Part shown: positions 54,019-62,996 of the stretch, in pieces | How positions within the stretch are numbered: position 1 is the first letter of the stretch | Layout: each line of letters opens with the position of its first letter | Origin: a candidate division FCPU426 bacterium | GTDB lineage: Bacteria > Oederibacteriota > Muellerivitia > Muellerivitales > Muellerivitaceae | Direction of reading: 5' to 3' | Length of the DNA stretch: 64,000 nucleotides | NCBI GenBank assembly: GCA_963796105.1 | Contig: CAWCKJ010000003.1 | Coordinates: 32,001 to 96,000 of the forward strand | Position numbers and translations under genes: made by a program | Notes under the pieces: generated by a model | What the model was told of the DNA's origin: nothing | Seen by the model: the letters and a program-made list of their open reading frames with translations, nothing else | Databases searched by the model: none

Positions 54019-54471
54019 GAGGGGAATTATAACAAAATCCCCACCGCTATCATCTAATCAGGATGGAAGGGAAGAATGGAAAACATATTCGGGAAGGAGG
54101 GGTATTGCCGGACGTCCTGCGTTCACGCTGAGGCAATCCGGTGTCATTTCTATTGCCTATGCTATCCGGACTTATTAAGGAAGGTTTTTTTGATTTAAGG
54201 AGTGTCAGCCAATGGCTTGATACCGGCTGCAATGGCCCCGGACTTGCCCGGGGGCCTAGCCGTGTACTTGGGCGAGGTTCCATTTCCCGCCCAAGTGACG
54301 AGCCGAAGGATCGTCCCTTGATAGTTTTTCCGAGCAACCTTGCTATAGTCCATATTTCCAGACGATTCTCGGATAATTTAACCCGCGTAATGGTATTATT
54401 TCGGCAAGTTTTCCGCCGCCCTTCCACGCCCACCAGCCAAATTCGAGATCATCCATACGGAGAAACAGATC

Positions 54472-55533
54472 ATGGACCTGGGTAAATTCCTGGCAACAGG
54501 CATCGGCAGTCTTCCTTACTCTTCGCCGGAACATGCGGTCGAGATGGTGCTTTCCAAGATCCCGCGCGCGCCTCATTGGCCCCAATTGCCTAAATTTGGG
54601 TTTTCCGAGCAGATGGAAATCCAATATTCGGAGGGCCTTCCATGCGCCGTGGTGGACCGAGTCAAGAGCCGCCTGCACTTGAATACCACTGGGGACTACT
54701 CCGAGGCTTTCGCGGATTTTTACACCAAATACGAGCAAGCTGTCACTGGGGGCGGAGTGGACCCCTCCCTGGGTTTGGGCGTCGATTACGCCCACGGTTT
54801 CCACGCCATGGAACGGCGCTTGAAGGAGGAGGGTGGAAAACGGCCCTTCGTGAAGGGCCAGACCTGCGGGCCCTTGACCTTCACCCTCACCGTCACGGAC
54901 CAGGACAAACGAGCCCTTTACTATAACGAGGAGTTCCGGGATGTCTGTGTCAAGCTGGCCGTGGTCAAGTGCCTCTGGCAGATCGAGCGCCTCAAACCCT
55001 ACGGGGAAAAAGTCATCTGCTTCGTGGACGAGCCCATCCTGACCGCCTTCGGCAGTTCCACCTACGTTTCCGTCCGGCGCGAGGACGTGGTGGCAATCAT
55101 CAAGGAAGTTGTGGACGCGGTGAAGGGCGCCGGGGCCATTTCCGGCATTCATTGCTGCGGCAACACCGAGTGGAGCATCCCCCTGGACGCGGGTGTGGAT
55201 ATTCTCAATTTCGACGCTTTTACCTGCGGGGCATCCCTGGCCATGTATTCCGAAGCTGTCAAGGCTCACTTGGACCGCGGCGGTTACCTGGCTTGGGGTA
55301 TAGTGCCGACTTCCAACGCCATCCATGATCACGCGCCAGCGGGCTTGGCTTCACAGCTTGAAAACTATTTCCGGATGCTGGGGGAAAAGGGCATCAAGAC
55401 GGCCATGCTGGCCGAGAGGGCCCTGTTGACGCCCTCCTGCGGAACCGGAACCCTCGATCCCCATGACGCTGAGCTTGTTTATGACACCCTGGGAAATCTT
55501 TCCAAGCTTTTGAAACACAAATACGGGTTCTAA
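54472..55533 (+). CDS. Folate-independent 'core' methionine synthase (MesB-like, MetE/UROD superfamily)
   Basis: TGIGSLP, HWPQLP, KGQTCGPLT, FVDEP, GIHCCG, LLTPSCG (Zn ligands). It heads a CODH/ACS cluster. Confidence 0.75.
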   Translation: MDLGKFLATGIGSLPYSSPEHAVEMVLSKIPRAPHWPQLPKFGFSEQMEIQYSEGLPCAVVDRVKSRLHLNTTGDYSEAFADFYTKYEQAVTGGGVDPSLGLGVDYAHGFHAMERRLKEEGGKRPFVKGQTCGPLTFTLTVTDQDKRALYYNEEFRDVCVKLAVVKCLWQIERLKPYGEKVICFVDEPILTAFGSSTYVSVRREDVVAIIKEVVDAVKGAGAISGIHCCGNTEWSIPLDAGVDILNFDAFTCGASLAMYSEAVKAHLDRGGYLAWGIVPTSNAIHDHAPAGLASQLENYFRMLGEKGIKTAMLAERALLTPSCGTGTLDPHDAELVYDTLGNLSKLLKHKYGF

Positions 55534-55622
55534 ACGGACCAAGACATCTCACCACATGCAAGCTTTCAACAAAATATTTAATAGGGCTAGCATGTGGTGA
55601 ATAATGTTTTGATGGAGGCTGC

Positions 55623-56423
55623 ATGAAGATCGCCATATCCGGAAAAGGGGGAGCGGGCAAGTCCACGATCTCTGCCGCTTTGGCCCTTTTGATGGCACGC
55701 CGGGGCAGGAAAGTTCTCGCGGTGGACGCTGATCCCGCCGAGAGTCTCGCGGCCTACCTGGGATATTCTCAGGAGGAAAGGGCCAAATTTATTCCCGTCT
55801 CCCGTCAGATGAAACTCGTCGAGGAGCGAACCGGCGCCAAGGTCAAGCAATACGGCCAGGTTTTCCAATTGAACCCCAAAGTCGATGACATCGCGCCCCA
55901 ATTCGCTTCCCTTAAAAACGGGGTGGCGCTCCTAGTTCTCGGGGCGGTGGAGGGCGGGGGAAGCGGGTGCGCCTGCCCGGAAAGCACCCTTTTGAGGGCT
56001 CTCGTCACCGATTTAGTTCTCTATAAGGACGATTCGCTGGTCATGGACATGGAGGCGGGCGTGGAGCACCTGGGGCGTGGAACCGCCAAAGGCGTGGATG
56101 TGATGCTCGCGGTCGTGGAGCCCTCGCAAAGATCCGTGGAAACAGCCAAACGTGTGGAAAAACTCGCTGGCGAGATCGGCTTGAAGAACATTTTGTTTGT
56201 AGGCAATAAGATCGAGCGTGCAGAGGATGAGAAATTCATCTACGGCTGTTTTCGAAACCAAAAAGTCATTGGGATGATCCCTTTTTCAGACGTCATAAAG
56301 CGCTCAGAGCGCGAGGGAAGGGCGGCCCTGGAATCCTTGAACCCCGATATGGTCAATAGATTCGAGGGTTTGCTGGATTCTCTGGAGAAATATTCCTCTA
56401 ATCGAAAACACTACTCAGATTAG
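55623..56423 (+). CDS. cooC: CooC/AcsF nickel-insertion ATPase
   Basis: GKGGAGKST, VDADP, GGSGCACPE, DMEAGVEHLGRGT. Confidence 0.92.
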   Translation: MKIAISGKGGAGKSTISAALALLMARRGRKVLAVDADPAESLAAYLGYSQEERAKFIPVSRQMKLVEERTGAKVKQYGQVFQLNPKVDDIAPQFASLKNGVALLVLGAVEGGGSGCACPESTLLRALVTDLVLYKDDSLVMDMEAGVEHLGRGTAKGVDVMLAVVEPSQRSVETAKRVEKLAGEIGLKNILFVGNKIERAEDEKFIYGCFRNQKVIGMIPFSDVIKRSEREGRAALESLNPDMVNRFEGLLDSLEKYSSNRKHYSD

Positions 56424-56516
56424 TTTTATGACTGAAAACATTTACGGAAAACGGATAAAGAATGAAAATACAGTATGTCGGTTACCAATTGCTATCAAGC
56501 GGGATGAGGGGCGGCT

Positions 56517-57275
56517 GTGAGTAAGCTGATCGCGGTGGGGGGCAAAGGAGGAGTGGGCAAGACCACGATTTCAGCCCTCCTGACCCTGAGGCTGGCCGCT
56601 AGAGGTATGAAGCCGGTCCTGGCGGTGGACGCGGACCCAAATTGCTGTCTGGACGCGGCCCTGGGAGTGAAGGCGTTAAGCACCGTGGGGGGCGTTAGGG
56701 AAACGGCCAAACAGATCGCTGGCACGGGCATGGCGGTAGGGGTCTCCAAGCAAGACCTGCTGGAGCTCAAGATCGCCGAGTCGATCGTGGAAGCGGATGA
56801 TTTCGATTTGATCGCCATGGGCCGGCCCGAGGGGCCCGGCTGTTACTGCTACGCCAACAATGTCTTGAGGGCCACGCTGGAGAAGCTGGCCTCCAAGTAT
56901 CCGGTGGCCGTGCTGGACAACGAGGCGGGCCTGGAGAACTTGTCCCGGCGCATCGCCCCGAAGGTGGACGCGCTTGTCCTGGTGACCGACGCTTCGAGGG
57001 CCGGGCTGGAAACCGTCAAGCGACTCCACGCGCTATCGAAGGAGATGGGTATCATCTATGGCAAGCTCGGTTTGATCGTCAACCGGACGCGTCAAGGTGA
57101 ATTGTCCGAGGAGGCCAAGCAAACAGCCGCCTCGATCGGCGCTTTCAAGGCTATTGCCCTGCCTTCCGACCTGGAAGTGGCGGAATTGGCGGAAAAGGGA
57201 TTGAGCCTTAAGGAGTTGAAGGATAGTAATCCGCTAGTCAGCCGGATCGATGAACTGCTTTCAAGCTTAGGATAA
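56517..57275 (+). CDS. cooC: Second CooC/AcsF nickel-insertion ATPase
   Basis: GKGGVGKTT, VDADPN, GRPEGPGCYCYAN, DNEAGLENLSR. Confidence 0.92.
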   Translation: MSKLIAVGGKGGVGKTTISALLTLRLAARGMKPVLAVDADPNCCLDAALGVKALSTVGGVRETAKQIAGTGMAVGVSKQDLLELKIAESIVEADDFDLIAMGRPEGPGCYCYANNVLRATLEKLASKYPVAVLDNEAGLENLSRRIAPKVDALVLVTDASRAGLETVKRLHALSKEMGIIYGKLGLIVNRTRQGELSEEAKQTAASIGAFKAIALPSDLEVAELAEKGLSLKELKDSNPLVSRIDELLSSLG

Positions 57276-57554
57276 AACCAATCTCACCACGGAGGTACAG
57301 AGGCACAGCTGAAAATGAGATGGGATCTACAAAACTCGAAATAATGCCGGGTAAGGATGAGAATTTAATACTTAACTCAACTTTGGCAAATCGTGTCAAT
57401 TCCCCCTCTTTCAAAGGGGGAGACATAGTGTGCTCGGTAATTTTGCCAAAGACTGCTAGGTTATGTTGTTTGACTGTGTGTTTTTGTGAACTCTGTGTGC
57501 CGCCCCAGGCGGTCTGTGGTTAAAGCCGTTAAATTTATGGTTTAGGAGTGGGAA

Positions 57555-59504
57555 TTGGCCCCCAAAAAAACACCCGAGGAAAGAGTCTGGGATTTGGCGT
57601 CCGTGGAGACGCTCGCGAAAGCCGAGCGCGATGGGGTTGAGACTTGTTTCCTTCGAATGGACGCCCAGGGAACCGCCTGCAAATTCGGCACTGAGGGTCT
57701 CTGCTGCAGGGTTTGCCATATGGGACCCTGCCGGATCACGCCGAAATCCCCCCGTGGTGTCTGCGGGGCGGACGCTGATACCATCGTGGCCCGCAATTTT
57801 CTCCGGGAGGCCGCCGGGGGAACAGCCGCCCATTCCGACCATGGCCGCCATCTGGTACTGCTTTTAAAGAAGGCCGCGGAGGGCAAGGGAGGGGATTACG
57901 CCATCAAGGACGAGGAGGCGCTTCGCCGGAACGCCCGCCTCTGGAATGTCCCCGAGGAAGGCCGGGGAGTGCCGGAAGTCGCCCTGGATCTGGCCAACCG
58001 CTTCCTGTATGAGTTCGCCTCACAGGAAGATTCCTTGGCAACCCTCGCCTTGGCGCCGCCAGCCCAGCAATCTGCTTGGAAAAAACAGCATGTTTCGCCC
58101 TTGGGAATCGACCGGATGGTGGTAGAAGCCATGCACCGTTCCACCATGGGCGTGGACCATGATTACCGCCATCTTCTCTTATCTGCTTTCCAAGTCTCCC
58201 TGGCCGACGGCTGGGGAGGGTCGCGCATCGCCAGCGCAGTCACAGACATCCTTTTCGGCACTCCTATGCCCATCAAAGGCGAGGCCAACCTGGGAGTGCT
58301 CCGGACCGACACCGTGAACGTGGTGGTTCACGGACATGAACCGGCGCTTTCTGAAATACTGGCTATCGCCTCGCGCGACCCGCAGATTCTCGAGGCGGCC
58401 CGCCAAGCGGGCGCCAAGGGCGGGGTAACCCTGGCTGGAATCTGTTGCACGGCCAATGAGATCCTCATGCGCCACGGAATCCCCGTGGCTGGCAATTTCC
58501 TCCAACAGGAACTGGCGGTCGTGACGGGCGCGGTGGAGATGCTCCTGGTGGACGTGCAATGCTGTATGCCGAGCCTTCCTGATATCGCCGCTTCCTACCA
58601 TACGGAGGTGGTTTCCACATCCGATATCGCCAAGACGGTGGGAGTGGATCATTTTACTTTCGATGAGAATCACGCCATGGAGTCGGCCAAGTCGCTCCTA
58701 ATGCGGGCCATAGCCAACTTTAAGAAACGCGATCCGAACAAGCTTTCCATCCCCAAGGCCAAAAGCCCGCTGGTGGCTGGTTTTTCCGTGGAGGCTATTC
58801 GTTACATGCTGGGAGGCTCCTTCAGGGCTTCCTTCCGCCCCTTGAACGACGCCATCATTTCAGGGCGTATCCGGGGGATCGCGGGACTGGTGGGCTGCAA
58901 CAATCCCAGGACCAAGGTGGATTCTTACACGAACACCCTCACGAAAGAGCTTTTGAAGAACAACGTCCTGGTCATCAAGACCGGCTGCGCGGCCCTGGCT
59001 TCCGCCAAGGAGGGAATGCTCACTCCTGAGGCGGCCTTGGAGCACGCTGGCGCCGGTTTGAGGGAAGTCTGCGAGGCGGTCGGCATGCCGCCGGTCCTTC
59101 ATATGGGAAGCTGTGTGGATAACACCCGCATCCTGGAGGCCGCCACTGAGATAGTTCGGGAAGGCGGCTTGGGGGATGATTTGTCCCAAGTCCCGGCGGT
59201 GGGGGTGGCCCCTGAGTGGATGAGCGAAAAGGCCGTGGCCATCGGATGCTACTTCGTGGCTTCCGGTGTTGATGTTGTGCTGGGACATCCTTTCCACGTG
59301 GGTGGGTCGGAAAAAGTTGAGAAATTCCTGGGTGAGGGGGCCAACGAGGTTTTTGGGGCGTCGTTCCATGTCTGCACCGACCCCCACGAGGCCGCGAAGA
59401 AAATCCTGGAATTGTTGGAAGCTGACCGAGACAGGCTGGGCATCAACAAAAAACAGGAACGAAAAATGTACGACATGAAGGACCGGAGGGGACTCGTTGT
59501 CTAA
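57555..59504 (+). CDS. cooS: Anaerobic Ni,Fe carbon monoxide dehydrogenase catalytic subunit
   Basis: C.FG..GLCCR.CHMGPC, AHSDHGRH, HGHEP, GICCTANE, DVQC, GCNN, TGC, GSCVDN, SEKA. TTG start with AGGAG RBS. Confidence 0.95.
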   Translation: MAPKKTPEERVWDLASVETLAKAERDGVETCFLRMDAQGTACKFGTEGLCCRVCHMGPCRITPKSPRGVCGADADTIVARNFLREAAGGTAAHSDHGRHLVLLLKKAAEGKGGDYAIKDEEALRRNARLWNVPEEGRGVPEVALDLANRFLYEFASQEDSLATLALAPPAQQSAWKKQHVSPLGIDRMVVEAMHRSTMGVDHDYRHLLLSAFQVSLADGWGGSRIASAVTDILFGTPMPIKGEANLGVLRTDTVNVVVHGHEPALSEILAIASRDPQILEAARQAGAKGGVTLAGICCTANEILMRHGIPVAGNFLQQELAVVTGAVEMLLVDVQCCMPSLPDIAASYHTEVVSTSDIAKTVGVDHFTFDENHAMESAKSLLMRAIANFKKRDPNKLSIPKAKSPLVAGFSVEAIRYMLGGSFRASFRPLNDAIISGRIRGIAGLVGCNNPRTKVDSYTNTLTKELLKNNVLVIKTGCAALASAKEGMLTPEAALEHAGAGLREVCEAVGMPPVLHMGSCVDNTRILEAATEIVREGGLGDDLSQVPAVGVAPEWMSEKAVAIGCYFVASGVDVVLGHPFHVGGSEKVEKFLGEGANEVFGASFHVCTDPHEAAKKILELLEADRDRLGINKKQERKMYDMKDRRGLVV

Positions 59505-62500
59505 AATCATCTGTACCTCCGCCATCGAAGGGGCACTGCAATGGGTGGCCCAAGCCGAGGCGAAACTTACGGAAGCCGTCAAATCCCGCGGCGAATCCAC
59601 TCCGGTTTCCTTCCCCAATACGGCTTATTTCCTGCCGGTCCTCTTTTCCTTCACGGGAGAGAAAATCACCACACTGGGCGACATGAAGCGCGCCCTGGAC
59701 CGGGCCAAAAAACTCCTCCCCGGCAGGCCTTCCGAGCATAACTGGCTTCCATACCTCGGCCAAGCCCTGGACGCGGGCGTGGCCTCGCTTTTCGCCTGCG
59801 AGATCATTGAGGCGCTCAAGTATTTGACGGGCCCCAATCCCATTGAGGGAATATGGTTGGGCGCGGCCAATGACGTGATTCTTCGCGAACGCGGGGTGGA
59901 GTTCGTGGACGGGTCAGCACCAGGATTTGCCGTAATTACCGGGGCAGCCCCTGACAAGGAAACAGCTGTCTCTATCGCCCGCTCCCTTCAGGAGAAAAAC
60001 CTTTATGTGTTCATGGGAGGGGGCCTGAACGGCGTCCAGTTTTCGGATCAGTTGGCCGAGGCTGGGGTGCAATTGGGCTGGGAAACCAGGCTGGTGCCAT
60101 TCGGCCGAGACGTCTCCTCCCTCATTTACGCCCTGGGTTTCGCCAATCGAGCTGCCCTTTCCTTCGGCGGGGTCAAGCCTGGCGACTTCAAGGCCAACCT
60201 TAGGTACTGCAAGAACCGCATCTTCGCCTTTGTCTTGGCCTTCGGGGAAGTGACCTCCGAAAAGTACGCGGTTGCCGCTGGAGCCATCAATTACGGGTGC
60301 CCGGTCATTGCTGACACCGACATCCCCCAAATTCTTCCCACGGGAGTCTGCACTTACGAGCACGTGGTCTCCAATGTCAAGCACGCCGACATGGTGGAAA
60401 CAGCCCTCAAGGTGAGGGGATGCAAGATCAAGGTCACCAAGGTTCCCATTCCGGTTTCCTATGGCCCTGCTTTCGAGGGAGAACGGATCAGGCGTCAGGA
60501 CACCCATGTGGAATTCGGCGGGAACAAGACCCCGGCATTCGAATTCGTCACCTCGACGGGGCTGGATGACATCAAGGACGGCGAGATTGTCCTTATCGGC
60601 CCCGATATCGACCAAGTGGAGCCAGGCGGTTTGATGCCCCTGTCCATCTGGGTGGAGGCCGCCGGGCGAAAAATGCAGTCCGATTTCGAGCCAATCCTTG
60701 AGCGCCAGATCCACCATATGATCAACGGCGCTGAGGGTGTTTGGCACATGGGCCAGCGCGACATCATCTGGACCCGCGTGTCCAAGGCGACCTATGCCAA
60801 GGGCTTCCGCCTCAAACATTATGGGGAAATCATCCACGCCAAGATTCTATCGGCTTATGGTTCCATCGTGGACAAAGTCAAGGTCACGCTCATCACGGAC
60901 GCGGATGAGGTCAAGAACCGTCTGGAATTAGCGAGAAAAATTTACGACGAGCGCAACCGGCGCCTGGAGGCCATGACCGACGAGTCCGTGGAAATTTTCT
61001 ACTCCTGCCTTCTTTGCCAATCCTTCGCGCCCAACCACGTTTGCGTAATCACGCCCCAGCGCCTGGGCCTTTGCGGGGCCTACAACTGGCTCGACGGCAA
61101 GGCGGCCTACGAGATCGACAAGAACGGGCCAAACCAGCCCGTAGCCAAGGGCGAGTGTCTGGACAAGGCCAAGGGCATCTTCAAGGGCGTGGACGATTAC
61201 GTGTACCTGAACAGCCACAAATGCATCCCCTCCTACGCGCTTTACGCCATCATGGACAAGCCCATGACCTCCTGCGGTTGTTTCGAGGCTATCGTAGCCT
61301 ATGTGCCGGATTTGAACGGCGTCATGGCGGTCAACCGCGAGTACCTGGGCGAGACCCCGGCCGGCATGACCTTTTCCTCGCTCGCGGGCAACGTGGGCGG
61401 CGGGGCCCAGACGCCCGGCTTCATGGGAGTGGGCAAGATATTCCTCACCTCGCCGAAATTCCTGGCGGCGGAGGGCGGCCACCGGCGCATCGTGTGGATG
61501 CCCAAGACCCTCAAGGAACTTTTGAAACCCGACCTGGAAAGGTTGTTCAAGAGCCTGGGATGCCCGGAACTTTTCGACCAGATCGCGGATGAGACGGTGG
61601 GAAGCGACCCCAAGGCTCTCAAAGCCCACCTGGAAAAGGTGAAACATCCGGCGCTCACCATGACGGATATGTCCAATTACATCGGGGGAAGTGAACCTGA
61701 GCCGATTAGCACAGATACCATTGTGCCGGTCACTCCAGCCTCGACCGGCAAGGCGATGGAATTGACGCCAGAAAAAATTATGGAAATGATCCGCAACACA
61801 GCCGCCGAAGGGTTGAAAGGCGGGGCCTCGGGCGAGAACGCGGTACGAAACGTGATCCAGGCCCTTGGCGCCAAGTTCCTGGGGACTTCCTTCAAAGCCG
61901 AAAGCGTGCCTACTACGCCTGCAAAAGCTATTACCCCGGTTTCCACTGCGCCATCCGTAATGGACGTTAAGACCTTTAAGATTCCCAAGCAAAAATGCGA
62001 GACACCCATTCGGATTGTGAAACTGGGCGCCACCAAGGCCGAGGGAGGCACCAGGCGCCTGTCGTATCAAATCGGCGGGGCGACCGCTATGCCGTTCCAT
62101 TCTTTCGAGGGGGAGACCCCCCATCGGCCGCTTGTAGCCATGGAGGTTTTTGACAAGGTTTCAGAAAAGTATCCCAAGATTCTGAGGGATATCTTCGGAA
62201 ACCTGCTCGAGGACCCGGCGGCCATGGCCAAGGCTTGCGTCGAAAAATACGGGGCGGATTTAATTAGCGTGCGGTTGGATGGGACCCATCCGGAGAAGGG
62301 GGACCGTTCCGCGGCCCAGGCTGTTGAAACCATCAAGGCAGTTTTGAAGTCAGTGGATGTTCCATTGATCGTGACTGGACATAACCATTTCGATAAGGTG
62401 AACGAGGTCATGAAGGCTGTGGCCTCAGCCTGTGCCGGGGAAAACCTGCTATTGAATTGGACCGAACAGAACAACTATAAGGCCATCGCTGGGGCGGCCC

Positions 62501-62937
62501 TGGCCTACGGTCACACGGTCGTGGCCCAGGGGCCCTTGGACGTCAACATTACCAAACAACTTTGCATCCTCATGTCCCAGATGGGCCTGCCGCCCGAGAA
62601 AATCATCATCGACCCCATGGCCAGCGCCGTGGGATACGGGGTGGAATATTCCTATTCCGTCATGGAGCGCATCCGCCAGACCGCGTTGGGCGGCGACCAA
62701 CCCTTGGCCCAACCCATGATCGTGGCAGTAGGCCAGGAATGCTGCAAGATCAAGGAATTCAAGGCTCCTGAGTCAGATTTCCCGGCCTGGGGGGACTTGG
62801 CCAAACGAGCGGCCCAGTGGGAAATCGCTACCGCCATGAGCCTTCTTTATGCCGGTGCGGATTTGCTGGTGGTTTATCATCCCGATACTGTGAAGGCCGT
62901 TAAGAAGGCAATATCTGAATTGACGAAAAAAGAATAA
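59497..62937 (+). CDS. acsB: Acetyl-CoA synthase (AcsB) fused to the corrinoid Fe-S protein small subunit (AcsD/CdhD)
   Basis: N-terminal ~720 aa: FPNTAYFLP, RERGVEFVDG, CLLCQSFAPNHVC, LCGA, TSCGCFE. A ~100-aa linker follows, then LGATKAEGGTR...PF..FEG...AMEVFD, GYGVEYSYSVMER, WG...R...WE. Confidence 0.92.
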   Translation: MSKIICTSAIEGALQWVAQAEAKLTEAVKSRGESTPVSFPNTAYFLPVLFSFTGEKITTLGDMKRALDRAKKLLPGRPSEHNWLPYLGQALDAGVASLFACEIIEALKYLTGPNPIEGIWLGAANDVILRERGVEFVDGSAPGFAVITGAAPDKETAVSIARSLQEKNLYVFMGGGLNGVQFSDQLAEAGVQLGWETRLVPFGRDVSSLIYALGFANRAALSFGGVKPGDFKANLRYCKNRIFAFVLAFGEVTSEKYAVAAGAINYGCPVIADTDIPQILPTGVCTYEHVVSNVKHADMVETALKVRGCKIKVTKVPIPVSYGPAFEGERIRRQDTHVEFGGNKTPAFEFVTSTGLDDIKDGEIVLIGPDIDQVEPGGLMPLSIWVEAAGRKMQSDFEPILERQIHHMINGAEGVWHMGQRDIIWTRVSKATYAKGFRLKHYGEIIHAKILSAYGSIVDKVKVTLITDADEVKNRLELARKIYDERNRRLEAMTDESVEIFYSCLLCQSFAPNHVCVITPQRLGLCGAYNWLDGKAAYEIDKNGPNQPVAKGECLDKAKGIFKGVDDYVYLNSHKCIPSYALYAIMDKPMTSCGCFEAIVAYVPDLNGVMAVNREYLGETPAGMTFSSLAGNVGGGAQTPGFMGVGKIFLTSPKFLAAEGGHRRIVWMPKTLKELLKPDLERLFKSLGCPELFDQIADETVGSDPKALKAHLEKVKHPALTMTDMSNYIGGSEPEPISTDTIVPVTPASTGKAMELTPEKIMEMIRNTAAEGLKGGASGENAVRNVIQALGAKFLGTSFKAESVPTTPAKAITPVSTAPSVMDVKTFKIPKQKCETPIRIVKLGATKAEGGTRRLSYQIGGATAMPFHSFEGETPHRPLVAMEVFDKVSEKYPKILRDIFGNLLEDPAAMAKACVEKYGADLISVRLDGTHPEKGDRSAAQAVETIKAVLKSVDVPLIVTGHNHFDKVNEVMKAVASACAGENLLLNWTEQNNYKAIAGAALAYGHTVVAQGPLDVNITKQLCILMSQMGLPPEKIIIDPMASAVGYGVEYSYSVMERIRQTALGGDQPLAQPMIVAVGQECCKIKEFKAPESDFPAWGDLAKRAAQWEIATAMSLLYAGADLLVVYHPDTVKAVKKAISELTKKE

Positions 62938-62996
62938 AACTGTGTCTCTGTGCGCCGCCGAAGGCGGCCTGTGGTGAAATCTTTTCGAGGTTTTAA

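Noticed and set aside
54040..54471. SAM-I or cobalamin riboswitch upstream of the methionine synthase-like gene
   Set aside because: The diagnostic consensus blocks were not found by eye, only an isolated GGGAAGG. Reported instead as an unassigned structure.
58860..62124. Long minus-strand ORFs (252, 307 and 398 aa)
   Set aside because: These are antisense shadows of cooS and acsB-D.
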